From NCBI GenBank assembly GCA_047495785.1, contig JBLDXI010000021.1, positions 2,480,001-2,544,000 of the forward strand: a stretch of DNA of 64,000 nt, written 5' to 3'. The DNA is from Lepidodermella squamata. Its lineage: Eukaryota > Animalia > Gastrotricha. The position numbers and the translations under genes are program-made. The notes below the pieces were generated by a model that was given only the letters and a program-made list of their open reading frames with translations, had not been told where the DNA came from and did no database searches. Positions within the stretch are counted from its first letter, which is position 1. Every line of letters starts with the position of its first letter. Of the stretch, positions 35,750 to 48,392 are shown in pieces.

Positions 35750-38700
35750 TCAGCCGTACAGCATTCCGCTTCCTCCGCCAGGATACATTTGGGCGCCGGG
35801 TTGCGGCATGTAACCGACAGGCGCGCCGCCCATCGGAGGAACGTAGCCGGCGTAGCCCGGAGGCGCCGTCAGCATCAGAGGTGCCTGGTCGAACAGTGGC
35901 GCTTGGTTCGGTTGGGCAGCGGCTTTCTGCTCTTCCTCAGAACGCGTCGACTCAGCCTGTTCAAGCCGATCGAGGCGGGTCTGGAAGTCGCGCATGACCT
36001 AAATGAAAAATAATAACTTAATGTTGTACAAAGCCCGTTTCATTCCCATGCAATCTTACCTGGATCATGTAGGGCATGGCGAAGTCTGTGAGTTGATTCT
36101 TCCATGCCAGTTCAAGGATGACGTCTGGGCGTAGCAGGTCATAGCACGCGTACAGGCAAGCTGAGAAGCAGGCAGTGTTCTTCTCCGCGACGAAATAGGC
36201 CAAAAGCTCTTCAGCGAGTTCCGCCTGCCGCGATTCGGCGGCATAGACCATGGCGTCCTTGAACAGGCGATCCTTCTTGCAAAGGTCGACCGCCAGCTTC
36301 CAGCGGTTGTTGCTCCGGTACAGGTAGGCAGCGATGCGGCGGAATTCAACGAGTTCGTGCTTTTCCAGGCGCTGCGCCAGCGAAATGGTGTCGAAGTTGT
36401 CAAAGGCATCGATGGAGGCGCGCAGACCAGCGTGGTCCTCCTCCTCGATCAGCAAGTTGTTCAGCGCTTCGTTGACCGCCTTCACGTTCAAGTTCTGGAC
36501 CTGGCGCAGGTACGGCTTCGTCATAGCAACGCGACCGGCCTTCGCTAGTTGCGCCACGGTGCGAGTATGGTCGAGGCGGGGGATGAGCACGGTGAGCAGG
36601 TCGTTCAGCAACATCGGCTTGAAATCCAGGTAGAATTGGATAGCCTTGTAGTAGAGCTCGATGTTAGCGACCTTCGTGACGAGGTCCTTGAAGTGGTTCT
36701 CTTTCCACGCCTCGGACGGGTGCTGAATCATAGTCTGCACGGCATTATCGTACTCCTCGTATTTGTCGTAAAGGAAAACGAGTTCGGCCCAGAGGTGGGC
36801 TTGCTCGGCGGCGCGCAGCACCTTTGGAATGTTGACACGGGACCAGAAAAGCTCGAGGTGCTCGCGCATCTTCTCAGGCTTGTACTTCGAATACAGAATC
36901 GCCAGTTCAGTGAACATGCCCATGTGAGCGCGTTCGAGGCCGAGGGCAGCCTCGAGCAATGCGATCAACTCGTCGAAATGGCCACGGTCCTGGTAGAAAT
37001 TGATCAGCTCCTCCAACTCGTCAGCGTGAACGACGATATGGAGACCGCAGATTTGCGCCAGGCGGAACTCTTCATGCTCGACGCAGGCAAAGCAAACCTC
37101 TTTCCACGTGCGGGTGGCATTAGCCTTGCGAGCAGCATCAACTGCGGCCTGGTACTGGCCGAGGTAGACGAGCGTGATGGCGAGACGGGCAAAGTTCGAC
37201 ACTGAGTTGTACAAAATCTTGGCGGGTTCGTACATAGTCGCGGTGAAACAGCGATCGGCGACAGCGGTGATGTTGGCATGGTTCGGGCCAGCAATGAACT
37301 CCTCGAGGTCGGCGAGGCGCCCCGTCTTGGCGTAAGCAAAAACGAGCTCCGAGTCGATGAAAGTCTCGCGAGCCTTCTTGCGCGCCATTTGCAGGTACTT
37401 GACCAAATCCTCGTAGTTGCCAGACTCGGAGGCAGCGGCGACAACCTCTTGGTAGGCAGTTGGATCAACAGCCTTGATGAACGAGTCGATAGCTTCGCGG
37501 ACCATGCCTTGCTTCAACTGGGCACGACCGAGCAGGGACCAAACTGCGGCCTCGTTGCAACGCTCGGCAAATTCGTAGGCACGATCGAGGTTTTGGATTT
37601 GCTCGATGAGCACCTGAATAGCCGATGTGTTGACTTCGAATTTTTTGAAAATGGCGAAAGCCTCTTCGTGGAGACCGTTCGAAATGGCAATGTTTGCGAT
37701 GTCAGGCGCGTCGTAGTTATCCAAGCGAGTAATGTATTCCATAACTCGAGTACGATCAGCCTTGATTGCGGTCAAAATAAGCAAGTTCTGCAGGTTGCGG
37801 TGGTCGGAGAACATCGAATTGTCGAGAACGATCTTTTCCAGCAATTCAATGAGTTCGTTAGGCAGGTCAGCCGTCATGAAAGCCTTGACAGCGCATGAAA
37901 TCTCCTCCGGGTCTTGCGTCTCCGACAAGGCAGTCTGGACGACCTGGTCGATGAGTTGGCGGCGGAATTCGTTTTCGACGCGCAGGACGAACGCCCACAT
38001 TTCAGGGCTCTTCCGACGCACCAAGTAACGAGCTTCGGTTTTGAACAAGCTGTTAGTGTTGCAAACTTCAATGAGCTCCTGGTCGCATTTTCCACGCTCG
38101 TATGCAACGCAAGCCAAGTGAGGGTCACGCTTTTCGCAGTACTTGCCGACAACGCGCGAGTCGTAGTACTGGTTTTCCTTCAAGAAACGTTCGGGATTAT
38201 TGTTCGAGTCAATGTAGATCTTGGCCAAGGCGTTGTGGACGCCTGGTTCGACAGCTCCTTCGTGGATGCGCATTTCCAGCCATGGCAGCAGCAATTTCAA
38301 ACGGTTGCGCTTCTCACACTCGGCGACAAGGTCGTCGGTCGAGAATTGGCCGCGCACCAGCATGATCAACTGCTTGATGATGTCCTCGCCACAGTCGACA
38401 TCGAGGAGGCCACCGACGACGGCAGGCAAACGCGAAGGGTTCACCTTCTGCACGTAAATCTCAATGTACTTCTGCAGACCGTTACGGAACAAATACAGCA
38501 CCAAATCGTGAACGTAGTCGAAGCGGTCGCAAACAATGATCAGCGGCAATTGATCAGTCAGCTTTGCTTCCTTCAAGAAGTTCTTGACTCGTTCAGGGTC
38601 GTATCGCTCCGACTCGCGGCAAATACGCTCGACTTCCTTCATCTGGCCTGTTCGGCACGCGGCTTGGATGTACTTGAAATGCACTTCAGAATCTTGGCTG

Positions 38701-41108
38701 AAGTTGACAATTGCGCCGAGAAACAAGTATAGACCTTCGTAGCACTTGAACGACTCGAACATGTCGACTAGGGCTTGTGTAGTCAACTGCTCGTGGTACT
38801 TGGTCGCGATCTGAACGACTGCTTGCAAGTTCTGTCGGATGTTGGCTTGCAACATAGCCTTCAAGCATTCCATCGAATCGTCGACACTAAGGGTTGAGAA
38901 ATACTTGACGAGCCACTCGATTTGGAAGAGAGGCGCGTGCACCAACGCCCGCTTGATGTCGTACAAGTCCGTGTAGTGTTCCAGAGCACGTTGGTATAGA
39001 CCAGCCTTTTCGCAGAGCTGAGCGATGAAGGCACGATCGTAGTTGGTGAACATGTTCCGAGCAAAGATGGCTTCAGCGACTTGAGGAGCGTGAATCAGGT
39101 TCATCTCAAGCAAGCGAGTCTGCAAGTGGCCCTCAGTCGGACGGTTGTTTTGCAGTGCCTCGAGCAAAAACGCGGTGCATTGGGGAACCAGAGTCAACTC
39201 CATGAAGGCATCCACGACCTGATTGATGTCAGCTAGCGGCTCAGGCAGGTCCGAGGCGACTAAGCGTTGGGCGAATTGAACACCTTGATCCGGGCTTATG
39301 CGCAGGAGCGAACGCAAAAGGTACAAATAATCCGGGCGATATCCAACCTTAATTTCAAAAACGGATTAATGTCAAAATATAACAAGGCAAACGGGAAATA
39401 CAAACCTTTTGCGAGTACATGATGATTTTGTCGAATTGTCCCGTTTCAGCAAAGCATTGAATGACCTTGGCCGGAGCCTGGGCGCGCAAGTACACAGAAA
39501 GGGCAAGAACAGCATCGAAGCCCTTGACTAGATCACCCAGTTCCTCTGAACATTCCAGCTTATCTTCCTTCAACCACTTTTCAAGTAGTTGTTTGCGTCC
39601 TTGCTGAAGAGCTGGTCGACACAGTTCGATGGATTCCCATTTGTTCAGTTTTCCGCTTTCCAACAGCAGACCGAAGTAGTTCAACAACGGGGTCGCCTGG
39701 CCTGGCTGAGTCGGCGCTTGTTGGAAGCGCTGGATGGTCTGTGGATTTCGAAGGATTCCACGAGGAGCAGTAGCTGCGACCTTTGCAGCCTCTTGATAAT
39801 TACCGGCGTTGAAAAGATCGTTGAAGCGGCGAACGAAAAGGTCATCAGCGCCCGGCAGATTGTTACGTGCCGCAAAGCGGAACGCAAGCTCAGGTTGATT
39901 TAGATTAGTTGTCAGATATGGGACAATGCTATCGTCATCAACACTAACTGACAGAACCTGGCCTTTGCGGTTGATACCGATGATGCCACCAGATGCTTCG
40001 TGGGGGCTTGTGACAAAGATAGTGTCAGCGCTAATGCGATTAGTGTACAGGCAGGTGGCTGATTCAACGTCATACAAGTGAACATATCCGTATTTGGTGA
40101 TCATGAAAATCACTCCGTGTTTCGGGCCGAATTGCATGGCCACAGGGAAGTCGTTGGTTGACTCCGGGGGAAAGAAGACGTCCACAGCCTTTTTGGAATA
40201 AGGCTGATTTCCTTGAGGAGGAGTTCCTACTTCGATAATATGCAACTTCCCGGCGCCCTGGGCATTACGCACGGCAAATGTGAACAACGTTGAGGCTTGT
40301 GGATTGCCTTCAATACGGAATTGAGCGAACGCTGCAGCATGGCCTTCGATAGGTTGCGATACCTTTCTCTCCACTGAGTACAACTGCATACTTCCAACGA
40401 CTCGGTTTTGTGGAGCTTGGATACCTTGAATAAGGATGCTAAGTTAATAAGCTAATTGATCTTTTAAAGTTTCTTACCGATCAATAAAAGCCATTGCTGA
40501 CGAATGTCTGTCCGATAATTAATGATTTGGCAGCCATTAAGGCTGGTATGCCGATCAAACATTTTCACAGGTGCCGAATCTCCCTCAAGAGACCAGTGAT
40601 ACACGGCGGTTTCAGTTACCATGCCGATGGTGTTATTAGAAATCCACTTCCAGAAGACAACATCCTCGACCATTGTATGACCCTTGAGTTTGCTTTTCTG
40701 TTCGATGTTAAAAATTTGCAAAGTTTTTCCGGCTGGAAAGTAAACGCGACATGATAGAACATGAATAAATGCCTGCTTGGGAAACTTACCATCTCCAGCG
40801 CCCTTCAGAGCGATGATTTTGTTTACAGGATTCATGATTGCAGAATCTGCGGTTATCGGCCTTCGCACGGGATTTGCCGGGTCAGCGAGGTCAACAATGA
40901 CAACCATGCTTGTGTCGCCAGCTTTTTCGCGAACACAAATGAATTTGTCGGACTCCATGGTGACAGTAGCAAATCCGATATTGGCTGCATTGACCCCGAC
41001 ATTTTGAAGCTATAAATATCAGGATGACATTAGCTTAATAACATTGATAGAACTTAGCTCCCTTACCTGTAAGTGCTCTTGAAATTTGATTGGTAATGGT
41101 TGTGACAT
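35750..41108 (-). CDS. CLTC: Clathrin heavy chain
   Basis: [14 protein letters not shown] start, [35 protein letters not shown] repeats, [10 protein letters not shown], and a Pro/Gly/Tyr tail with PLMLT; six exons. Confidence 0.99.
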
Positions 41109-41267
41109 AGTATGACAAAGTTAAAATACAATGTAAAAGCACGAACTATGGAAATCGACAAATAAAATTAGGCTTATTAAATTGTAGCGTCATTTTTATT
41201 TCGACTGTCCAAAACTAGCGGGCACGCATCACATCTCACTTTCTGAACTGCAAAATATTTATAGAAG

Positions 41268-41609
41268 TTAATCGAACAAAGACAACGACATTTCCTCTTC
41301 TTCTTCAGGTTCCGGTTCCTTCTTCTTTTCCTCCTTCTTGGCCGGGGCCGCGGCAGCAGGAGCAGCACCCTTGCCGGCCGCGGGAGCAGCAGCAGCGGGC
41401 GCTCCAACACCACTGGACAAATTAGCAATCAAGTCCTTGACGTTGACTGAAGAAAGAGCCTTGGCGAAGAGAACGGGCCAGAAAGGCTCAACGTTCACAA
41501 CGTTAGCGGCCTTCAGAATAGTGTTCAGCTTCTCTGAGGTGATGCTAACGCCATCGTCAGCCAGGATCAAAGCAGCATAGATGCAAGCAGATTCGTCAAG
41601 AGCGGCCAT
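41268..41609 (-). CDS. RPLP1: 60S acidic ribosomal protein P1
   Basis: [27 protein letters not shown], Ala-rich hinge, acidic ...LFD end. A pyrimidine-rich non-coding first exon is likely at ~42048-42085. Confidence 0.97.
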   Translation of the reverse strand: MAALDESACIYAALILADDGVSITSEKLNTILKAANVVNVEPFWPVLFAKALSSVNVKDLIANLSSGVGAPAAAAPAAGKGAAPAAAAPAKKEEKKKEPEPEEEEEMSLSLFD

Positions 41610-42171
41610 TGTTCCTTATGGTATAAGGATGACTAAGTTCTCTAAAACGTAAAAATAAAATTCAAAGTGATGACTCAGACGACGCAAAAGGTATCATTAA
41701 CTGCATTCACTACATCGTACATCGCGAACTAAGATTACATAAAATAGTTCTCCGGAATAATGAAGTTCTCATAATGAGGTAAGCAAAAATAAAAGACGGT
41801 TTAGCGATTGGTGATGAAGCAATCAGCGAGAAGATGTGGGCGGGAGTTTGGGATTCGTAAGCTACCGGCAGCAAGATTCCGCGGGCTGATCCGCCGGCGC
41901 TAAAATTGCACACGCTACTCACACTTTTCACATTAATATGCAAAGAAAGAATTTAAAACCGTTTAAAAAGTGAAGATAATAAAATTTAAGACTGACGAAA
42001 AATTATTTATAAAAATGAGGAAAATCGAAGAATAAAGGGTAGGTCACCGTCAGCTGATTATGATGGAGATGAGACGAGATGGACAGATTGGCGATCGGAA
42101 CGTCTCGCTTCTCAGCTACTCAGCTATTTTTAGTTCAAGGTCCTTGGCTGATGCGAAGAGAATTTCAATGT

Positions 42172-42434
42172 CGAGTGTGCCACTCGGTATTCCGGGACAG
42201 CGTGTGTGAATAGTATTCAAGTTGAATAGTGTGTATCTGAATACTATTCATTCGAATTGTATGCACATTGAATACTATTCATGAATTCTATTCCATTTCG
42301 AAGTGCGTGCGAAAACGTGAATACTTATCAACATTGGTGCGCACACCACACTTGAATAGTATTCCAATTCGATTTTTGTACACCAAATTCGACTACCATA
42401 TACACTTTTGAGTGCTCTTGCACTAGTGGCACTG
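42172..42434. repeat. Small MITE-like segment with repeated GAATA(G/C)TATTC palindromes
   Basis: GAATAGTATTC / GAATACTATTC occurs four times; degenerate GTGCCACT / AGTGGCAC ends. Lies between divergent RPLP1 and HPF1. Confidence 0.5.
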
Positions 42435-42902
42435 GTCAACTTTCGGGAAATCGCCAACTTGGCAGACTTTACGTTGTTTTCTCGAGTGTCGAGCTTCCGA
42501 CTTCCGACACAACAGACGTGGGCGGTGGGCGGCCATATTCGCTGACCACTACGCTGACCTTATGGTTAAGCATGTTGTTAGCGGCCGTGGTATATTTAGT
42601 GCCTACGCTACTCCTTTAGCCATTCGTTACGAAGTTCCAATAGTCATCGCCATCTTCCATCTTCTTCCACTAAGATTCTCCACCAATTCATCTTTTGTTA
42701 TGTAACGTTGCCCGACGTCAAAATCTAAAACGTTATTGGTAAAATTCAAAAATCAATCAATTCCTTGACCATTTTAATTAATTTGCTCACTCGAATTGAT
42801 GGCCCAAATCAGCAGTTTCTTGCTTAATTATAACCTGTCTTTTCCAATCTATTTAGACTGGTGAACAATAATTAATTAAAAGGCGATATATTTTGAAACT
42901 TA

Positions 42903-44553
42903 ATGGCCAATGTTCTGCCGCCCTGTAAATTTGGTCAGAAATGTTACCGGCAGAATGCAGAACACAGGGCAAAGTTTAGCCATCCTTCGAGGAATGAAGT
43001 ATTTTAAATTATTTTAATTGGTGACAATGCATCCTCTATAAATATTTCAGCCTAATGACGGCAATGAAACGGAGAGTTTGATAACGAAGAACGGTGATTT
43101 CAACGGGATAGCTAAGCAAAGCAATACTGAATCGAAATGTAAAATTACGGACTTCTTCGGTTCGAAAGCACCCGTTGTAGCGACGGAAACATCAAATCAG
43201 CGTAAAAGAAAATTAGATTCTGACGATGTGGAAACGAAAGCTGCTGGAAATGACCGTGTCGAAAAGAATAATCAAAATTCCACCCATTCAATCAGCATAA
43301 CTAGCGATATGATGGATATCATCAAAAGCAAGTTCCATCTGAATTGCCCCGATGACTTTTTGGCGCTGTGGAAGTACTGCTTATCCCGCAACCCTGGTGC
43401 TCCATCTGGTATTTAATGCGCGGTGTTTGCTTTTAAAAAAAAATGAACTTTACTTTAACAGAAGCTCTCATCTCCTCTATGGGTGTGCAGCTTGTGGGGC
43501 CGTACGATATTATTACAAGTTTCAACAAGGCTAAATCTCTGAGTGATGCAGATTTCTTGCGTCATTGGCGCTTCTACTACGATCCACCGGAAATGGTTAC
43601 CATTATTTCTGCTGTGAAAACAACCACCGATTCAGGTTTAATAGCCACGTCAGATTCAGGATTTCACATCGGTTATTTCAGGTTAGTGGTGGCTTTTTTA
43701 TAGAGCTCTCCCGGGATAGTTGTTTCTATTGCCTATAGAGATGATCCCAAAGAGCAACCGTGCTTCTGTGTTTGGAACCACGCCAAGCGAGATGGAACTT
43801 TGATGGCTAAGGGCGATAACGTATTTGCTTCTTTGAAGTATGATTCGTTTAAGCCATTATTCGTCGTATTCAATTGGTGCTGATTCTTTTATGCAGATTA
43901 TATGGCGATGAGCTTATTCGACTGAGTAAAGACGATACAAGCCTGGTGAAGCTAATCCACGCGGAACAAGAGCAAATGAGGAAATTTTTAGCCGCAAACA
44001 AACTCAACTTCAGGTTTGATTACATTTCATAATTTATGGTTTAGTAACTCCGGCTTTCCCTAGCATGGATGCCGTTACCAAGTCGATGAGAGTTCGAGAC
44101 AAAAAAATAGTTGCCAAGACTTTTAATGGCGTTGGATTGGTAGTACCCGTGATTAACGACATTGGTTACCGACCTTTGCCCGAGAGTGCCCAGGGTTTGA
44201 GGAAAATCATGGCGAAAATAGTAGCAGCCAAGTCCCAGACCGAAAAGTTGAAGGCCTTCGAACCTTTACAAGAAATGGTCACTCTTTGTCAATTCGCCAA
44301 CGATGAGGGAGATTATGGCGAAGCAATTGAACTAGGTCTGCTTTTCACATTTCGGAAAGGCTGTTTTTACATATATGGTTTTTTAGGTTTGAACTTGTTC
44401 ACCTACGGAAATGAAGTCTTTCATTCAACCATCAAGCACTTGCTGACAACGGCGTATCGCCTCGGTGCTCGAGATGCTTTTGCAGACGTTATCGAGCAAC
44501 ACCTCGGTGACAGGAGGACCCCGGATAAAATTATTGATATGCTCAGTACCTGA
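42903..44553 (+). CDS. HPF1: Histone PARylation factor 1 with N-terminal PBZ zinc finger
   Basis: PBZ CKFGQKCYRQNAEHRAKFSH. HPF1 motifs HWRFYYDPPE, FHIGYFRDDP, KTFNGVGLVVPV, GYRPLP, QFANDEGDYG. Confidence 0.93.
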
Positions 44554-45345
44554 CTCTTGGAGAGGGTGTTGTTTCAATTTCAATCGTTATGCATCTGAAT
44601 TTTCTGCTACTTGTTTTCAATCAATAAAAAATTGGTCGACTCACGGTTTTTATTTCAACTTCCTCACTTCAATACAATAAGAAATGTGATGGAATACTCC
44701 GAAACCGTGACGCGATGAGCAAGCGGATAAAATAAGGTCGTTGAATAATGCGCAATATAATAATTTTCAAACAATAGTACAACATGGTTAATAAAGAGAT
44801 CAGCTACAAGCAGATAAAAATTACATAATGAAAACAACTCAAGCAAACAAATATTTTAAACGCTGCGACAATTTACCTCATATCACAAAACGGTTGTTAA
44901 ACATGCCCGAACCTTGATCGGAATGACACAGAACAAGATAAACATGAGGGATAATTCAATCCAAACAATTTAACAATTTGATTGACATGGTCAAAAGGGA
45001 GCATCCACGAGAACTATTCAACTCATAAACATTAAGTACGAACATGAACACGAATCACGACAGGTTTCCTGCTAATTTTGGTAATAAATAAAACGAACTG
45101 CGGGGATGATAAAAATTTCGATGAAACAAGAGATTCGACATAATCAGCACCGCAAAATCGCGATGATTACAAACTCGCGACAATAATCGCCAGCTGTCGA
45201 CTTCTCGCTCAAGCACCTTAAATGAGGTTGATTGACTGGAATCGGCAGAAGTTTGTACCCATAGTTTTGTTACCATAGCTCAGCAGATCTTTCATAGGGC
45301 AGCACAGTTCATACAAAAGCGCCAGACAAGTGGAAACTGAAAGCT

Positions 45346-46615
45346 TTACGAGGACGCTGTCTTCTTATGAGAGAAAAAATTGAACCAAGACGAGGAAGAT
45401 TTGTTCTCGTCATTTTGGCTTTTCTTTTTGTCGGATTTACCCTTGGTTTTCAGCTTTTTCTTTTGATTAGCAGACGAAGCAGGCGGCGACAACGACGAAG
45501 GCTCTTCTCTGGCTTGCACTTCGCTTGGAACATCGGGCGATGGAAGGCTTTTCGCTTGATTCGAGTTGCCGTCACAACCCGGTTTTGGTTGTGGGGGAAG
45601 AAAATCCACAACCGTTGCGTACTGAGTAAGGCCCTCCATGCGAATGAAATTGTCTGTAAGTGGGGCAGGAGAGCGACATCGCGCTCTCGCAGCATTTTTG
45701 TTGCTCTTAGTTATCATCGAAGAAGTTTTTGCCGTATTAGAGTTGATGTGGCTTCCTATCGTCGCCATCAACTCGGTATATATCGGTTCTTTAGCTTCTC
45801 GCCTAAGCGAGCCGTTGTTGGAGGGATCAACCTCATTGCCTGACAATTCCCTATCTAATTCAAGAGGACTGTTGTCCGCACCACTAGAATTGGCGTTGGC
45901 GTGAGACTTGCGCATTGAGGTACCTCGGGGTGGTACATGTGGCGCCATTCGCTTTTTCTGTATTTGGGAATAGATATGACCATCATCTTTAGTGCTGTTT
46001 TGATCTGGTAGCGTCGGGCCCATATCGTCATTCACGCCGTTTTCGCTCAGCACAGCTTTTCCTTTCGGCGAAGATAACGAAAGCACATCATGCTCACTAC
46101 CCGCGACGGCTCCATCAGCCACATTGAGTCGATCAGAGTCAGTACGCTGTTGGCGGGTTAATATATCCTCCGTTGTAGAGCGAAATAAATTGAACATTTG
46201 TTCAGCCTCTGAAGAATGAAACCGAAATTCGCCTTCGCCTGTCTCACAAGATCGCCCGGCTTTGAGAGCAGCAATAGAATAATTAAATAATGCCCATAAA
46301 TCATCTTAAATTATTTACCTTCGATTATGAAAACGTTAGTTCGCTTGCCATACCGACGAATGAAGCTAAGAATTTATATGTCGGTTAATATTATGAACGA
46401 AATGGAGAAAGTTTAAATTACTCGTAGCGCAAGTTGTAAACTTGACGCCAAGAAGCGATCTGATCTGCTGGCGATTTCTCCTTTAGAACCAGTCCCGAGT
46501 CGACGAAATGCAGGCGGTAACGATCAGAAACAGCCGTTTCCAGTTGGCATCTAATAGCCGCTGGAGTTGGCATAACTATGACATCGAACAGATTGCCCGA
46601 CGCTGCTGTCGGCAT
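45346..46615 (-). CDS. DOK-like adaptor with IRS-type PTB domain and Tyr-containing tail (copy A)
   Basis: FDVIVMPTPAAIRCQL.. FIRRYGKRTNVFIIE AGRSCETGEGEFRF (IRS-PTB signature RRYG..F..EAGR.C.TG.G.F.F); tail has IYSQI, IYTEL, QYATV. Confidence 0.8.
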
Positions 46616-46856
46616 GTAAAATCCTAGAAATAATCACTCTAAAGAAAAATGAAATGCAAGTTGAGATAGTGTGAGAAGAAAGAGCGATGAATCATCTGTT
46701 GAAATAAATTTGGATAAACATTCGTTTGTCGCGCAAGGCAACTGACTAGACAAAAGAGCGGCTCAACATAATCAATGATTAATGAAGCTGGAAGCAAGCA
46801 AATCGTCGAATAATTGCCACCATCGGAACCCGCCGATGCGGCACTAAGCATCGGAG

Positions 46857-47800
46857 TCATCGGAAGGCCTGTTTGAACAGCCGCCAAACTCCGATACGAG
46901 AAGAAGATGGCGGTGATGATTGAGAGAGGCGTGACTGACTTCTCGAACGAGATGAAGGCGCATTAGAATCAAAATTTTCGATTGAGTCGCCCGACTGTCG
47001 GCGCACAGTTTCAAAACTGGCAGAGGATGGCGATGTGGGTAGTTTTTTATTCATTCGCTTATTTCGCCACCATTCACCAAGACTGGTTGTTCTTTTGCGA
47101 TCCCGAGGTCCCTCATTTGCCCAAGATTGTTTGTCATCTGGAATAGGGACAGGATGGAGCGCTGCCACATTACTATCTACAGACTTGGATTTGCATTTAG
47201 CAACCTTGGCGTAAACATGCAGAGCACTCTGGGAGACAATGTCTGTTGTATAGCGCCTCTCCGAATAGCCACTCGCATCATTTGGTATCAGACCAGCATC
47301 ACTACTGCGCTCGAAGCCTATCAAAGATGGTGAAGTGGTAGGGCCATTATCCGAAGCTTCGGAAGAGGTTGCCCGAGAAACTTTATGCGAGTTGGACCAG
47401 TCCTGTATGATCTTTAGTATACTACTGGCGTCATCCTCCGAATTTGTTTTCAAATGAAACTCTCCCTCCCCACTGCAACTGCGTCGACTGGTGCAAAATG
47501 TGAAAACCTGTTTTTTCGTACACCCATATCGAATTATTTGGCTGAAAGACACGAAGGAAAACATGTATAAAAATTTCTCACTAGCATTAATTACTCAAAT
47601 TTCCACATCAATTTTAACTGCCAACTGTCGTCATTGGAATTGCTAGGACCTAATTTTGATCCCCTTACGAATTCTTTCAGATAGAAGCCGTCTGGTACAG
47701 CTTTAAGAATATAACGCCGCGGGATCGAGCAGTCCAAATCGCAACGAAATGCAGCTTGAGTAGGCAAGATAACTATTTCAAAACAGCTGGATGTTGTCAT
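46857..47800 (-). CDS. DOK-like adaptor with IRS-type PTB domain (copy B)
   Basis: FEIVILPTQAAFRCDL..WKF IIRYGCTKKQVFTFCTSRRSCSGEGEFHLKT; clearly paralogous to copy A; one intron. Confidence 0.75.
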
Positions 47801-48392
47801 TAATTAATTATAAATAATCTAGGAAAAAATATAACTTTTTAAAGAAACCATTTTTATAATAAACGATAAATACATGCTATGAAGACAGCAGAATTCACAT
47901 CATACTGAGTCAATAAAGATGCATAAACTACAACACGAGTTCTACAACGAATTTAACGTGCATGGCACGGACAAAAGAAAGCCTGCTCGTGGCGGAGAGT
48001 TCGCTCAACCATCGTTCGAGCGCACCGAGATACAAACTTCAACAATTTTTCTTTACAGCTGAGACTGGATATTACATCTTAAAACGTGATTGATTTGTCG
48101 CGCTAACACCATCAAACACCGAACTTTGTTCGATCAATAAAAATATTAGGTAATGTATAATGTAATAGAAGTGAATACGTCTAGTAAGTGCGCATGTGTT
48201 ATAGTGATATTGCTACCACCAATTCTTCGTCGAGTGTTGCCCATGTCGAAATATCACCAAGCTAAACCAACTAATGTCAAAACGAATAGAGAACAGGCAA
48301 GTTAATTATCATCCAAGGGTTTAAAATGAGAGAGCCCTTGAGTCTTCATCGGCATGAAAATAAGTTCGTTAATCAAATACAGATCCTTGTCA

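Noticed and set aside
36334-38732. Long + strand ORFs (206-272 aa) antisense to clathrin
   Set aside because: Shadow ORFs caused by strong codon bias of the highly expressed CLTC gene.
41643-42047. snoRNA in the RPLP1 5' intron (hairpin ~41861-41900, CTGA near the 3' end)
   Set aside because: No convincing C box or H/ACA pair and no identifiable guide.
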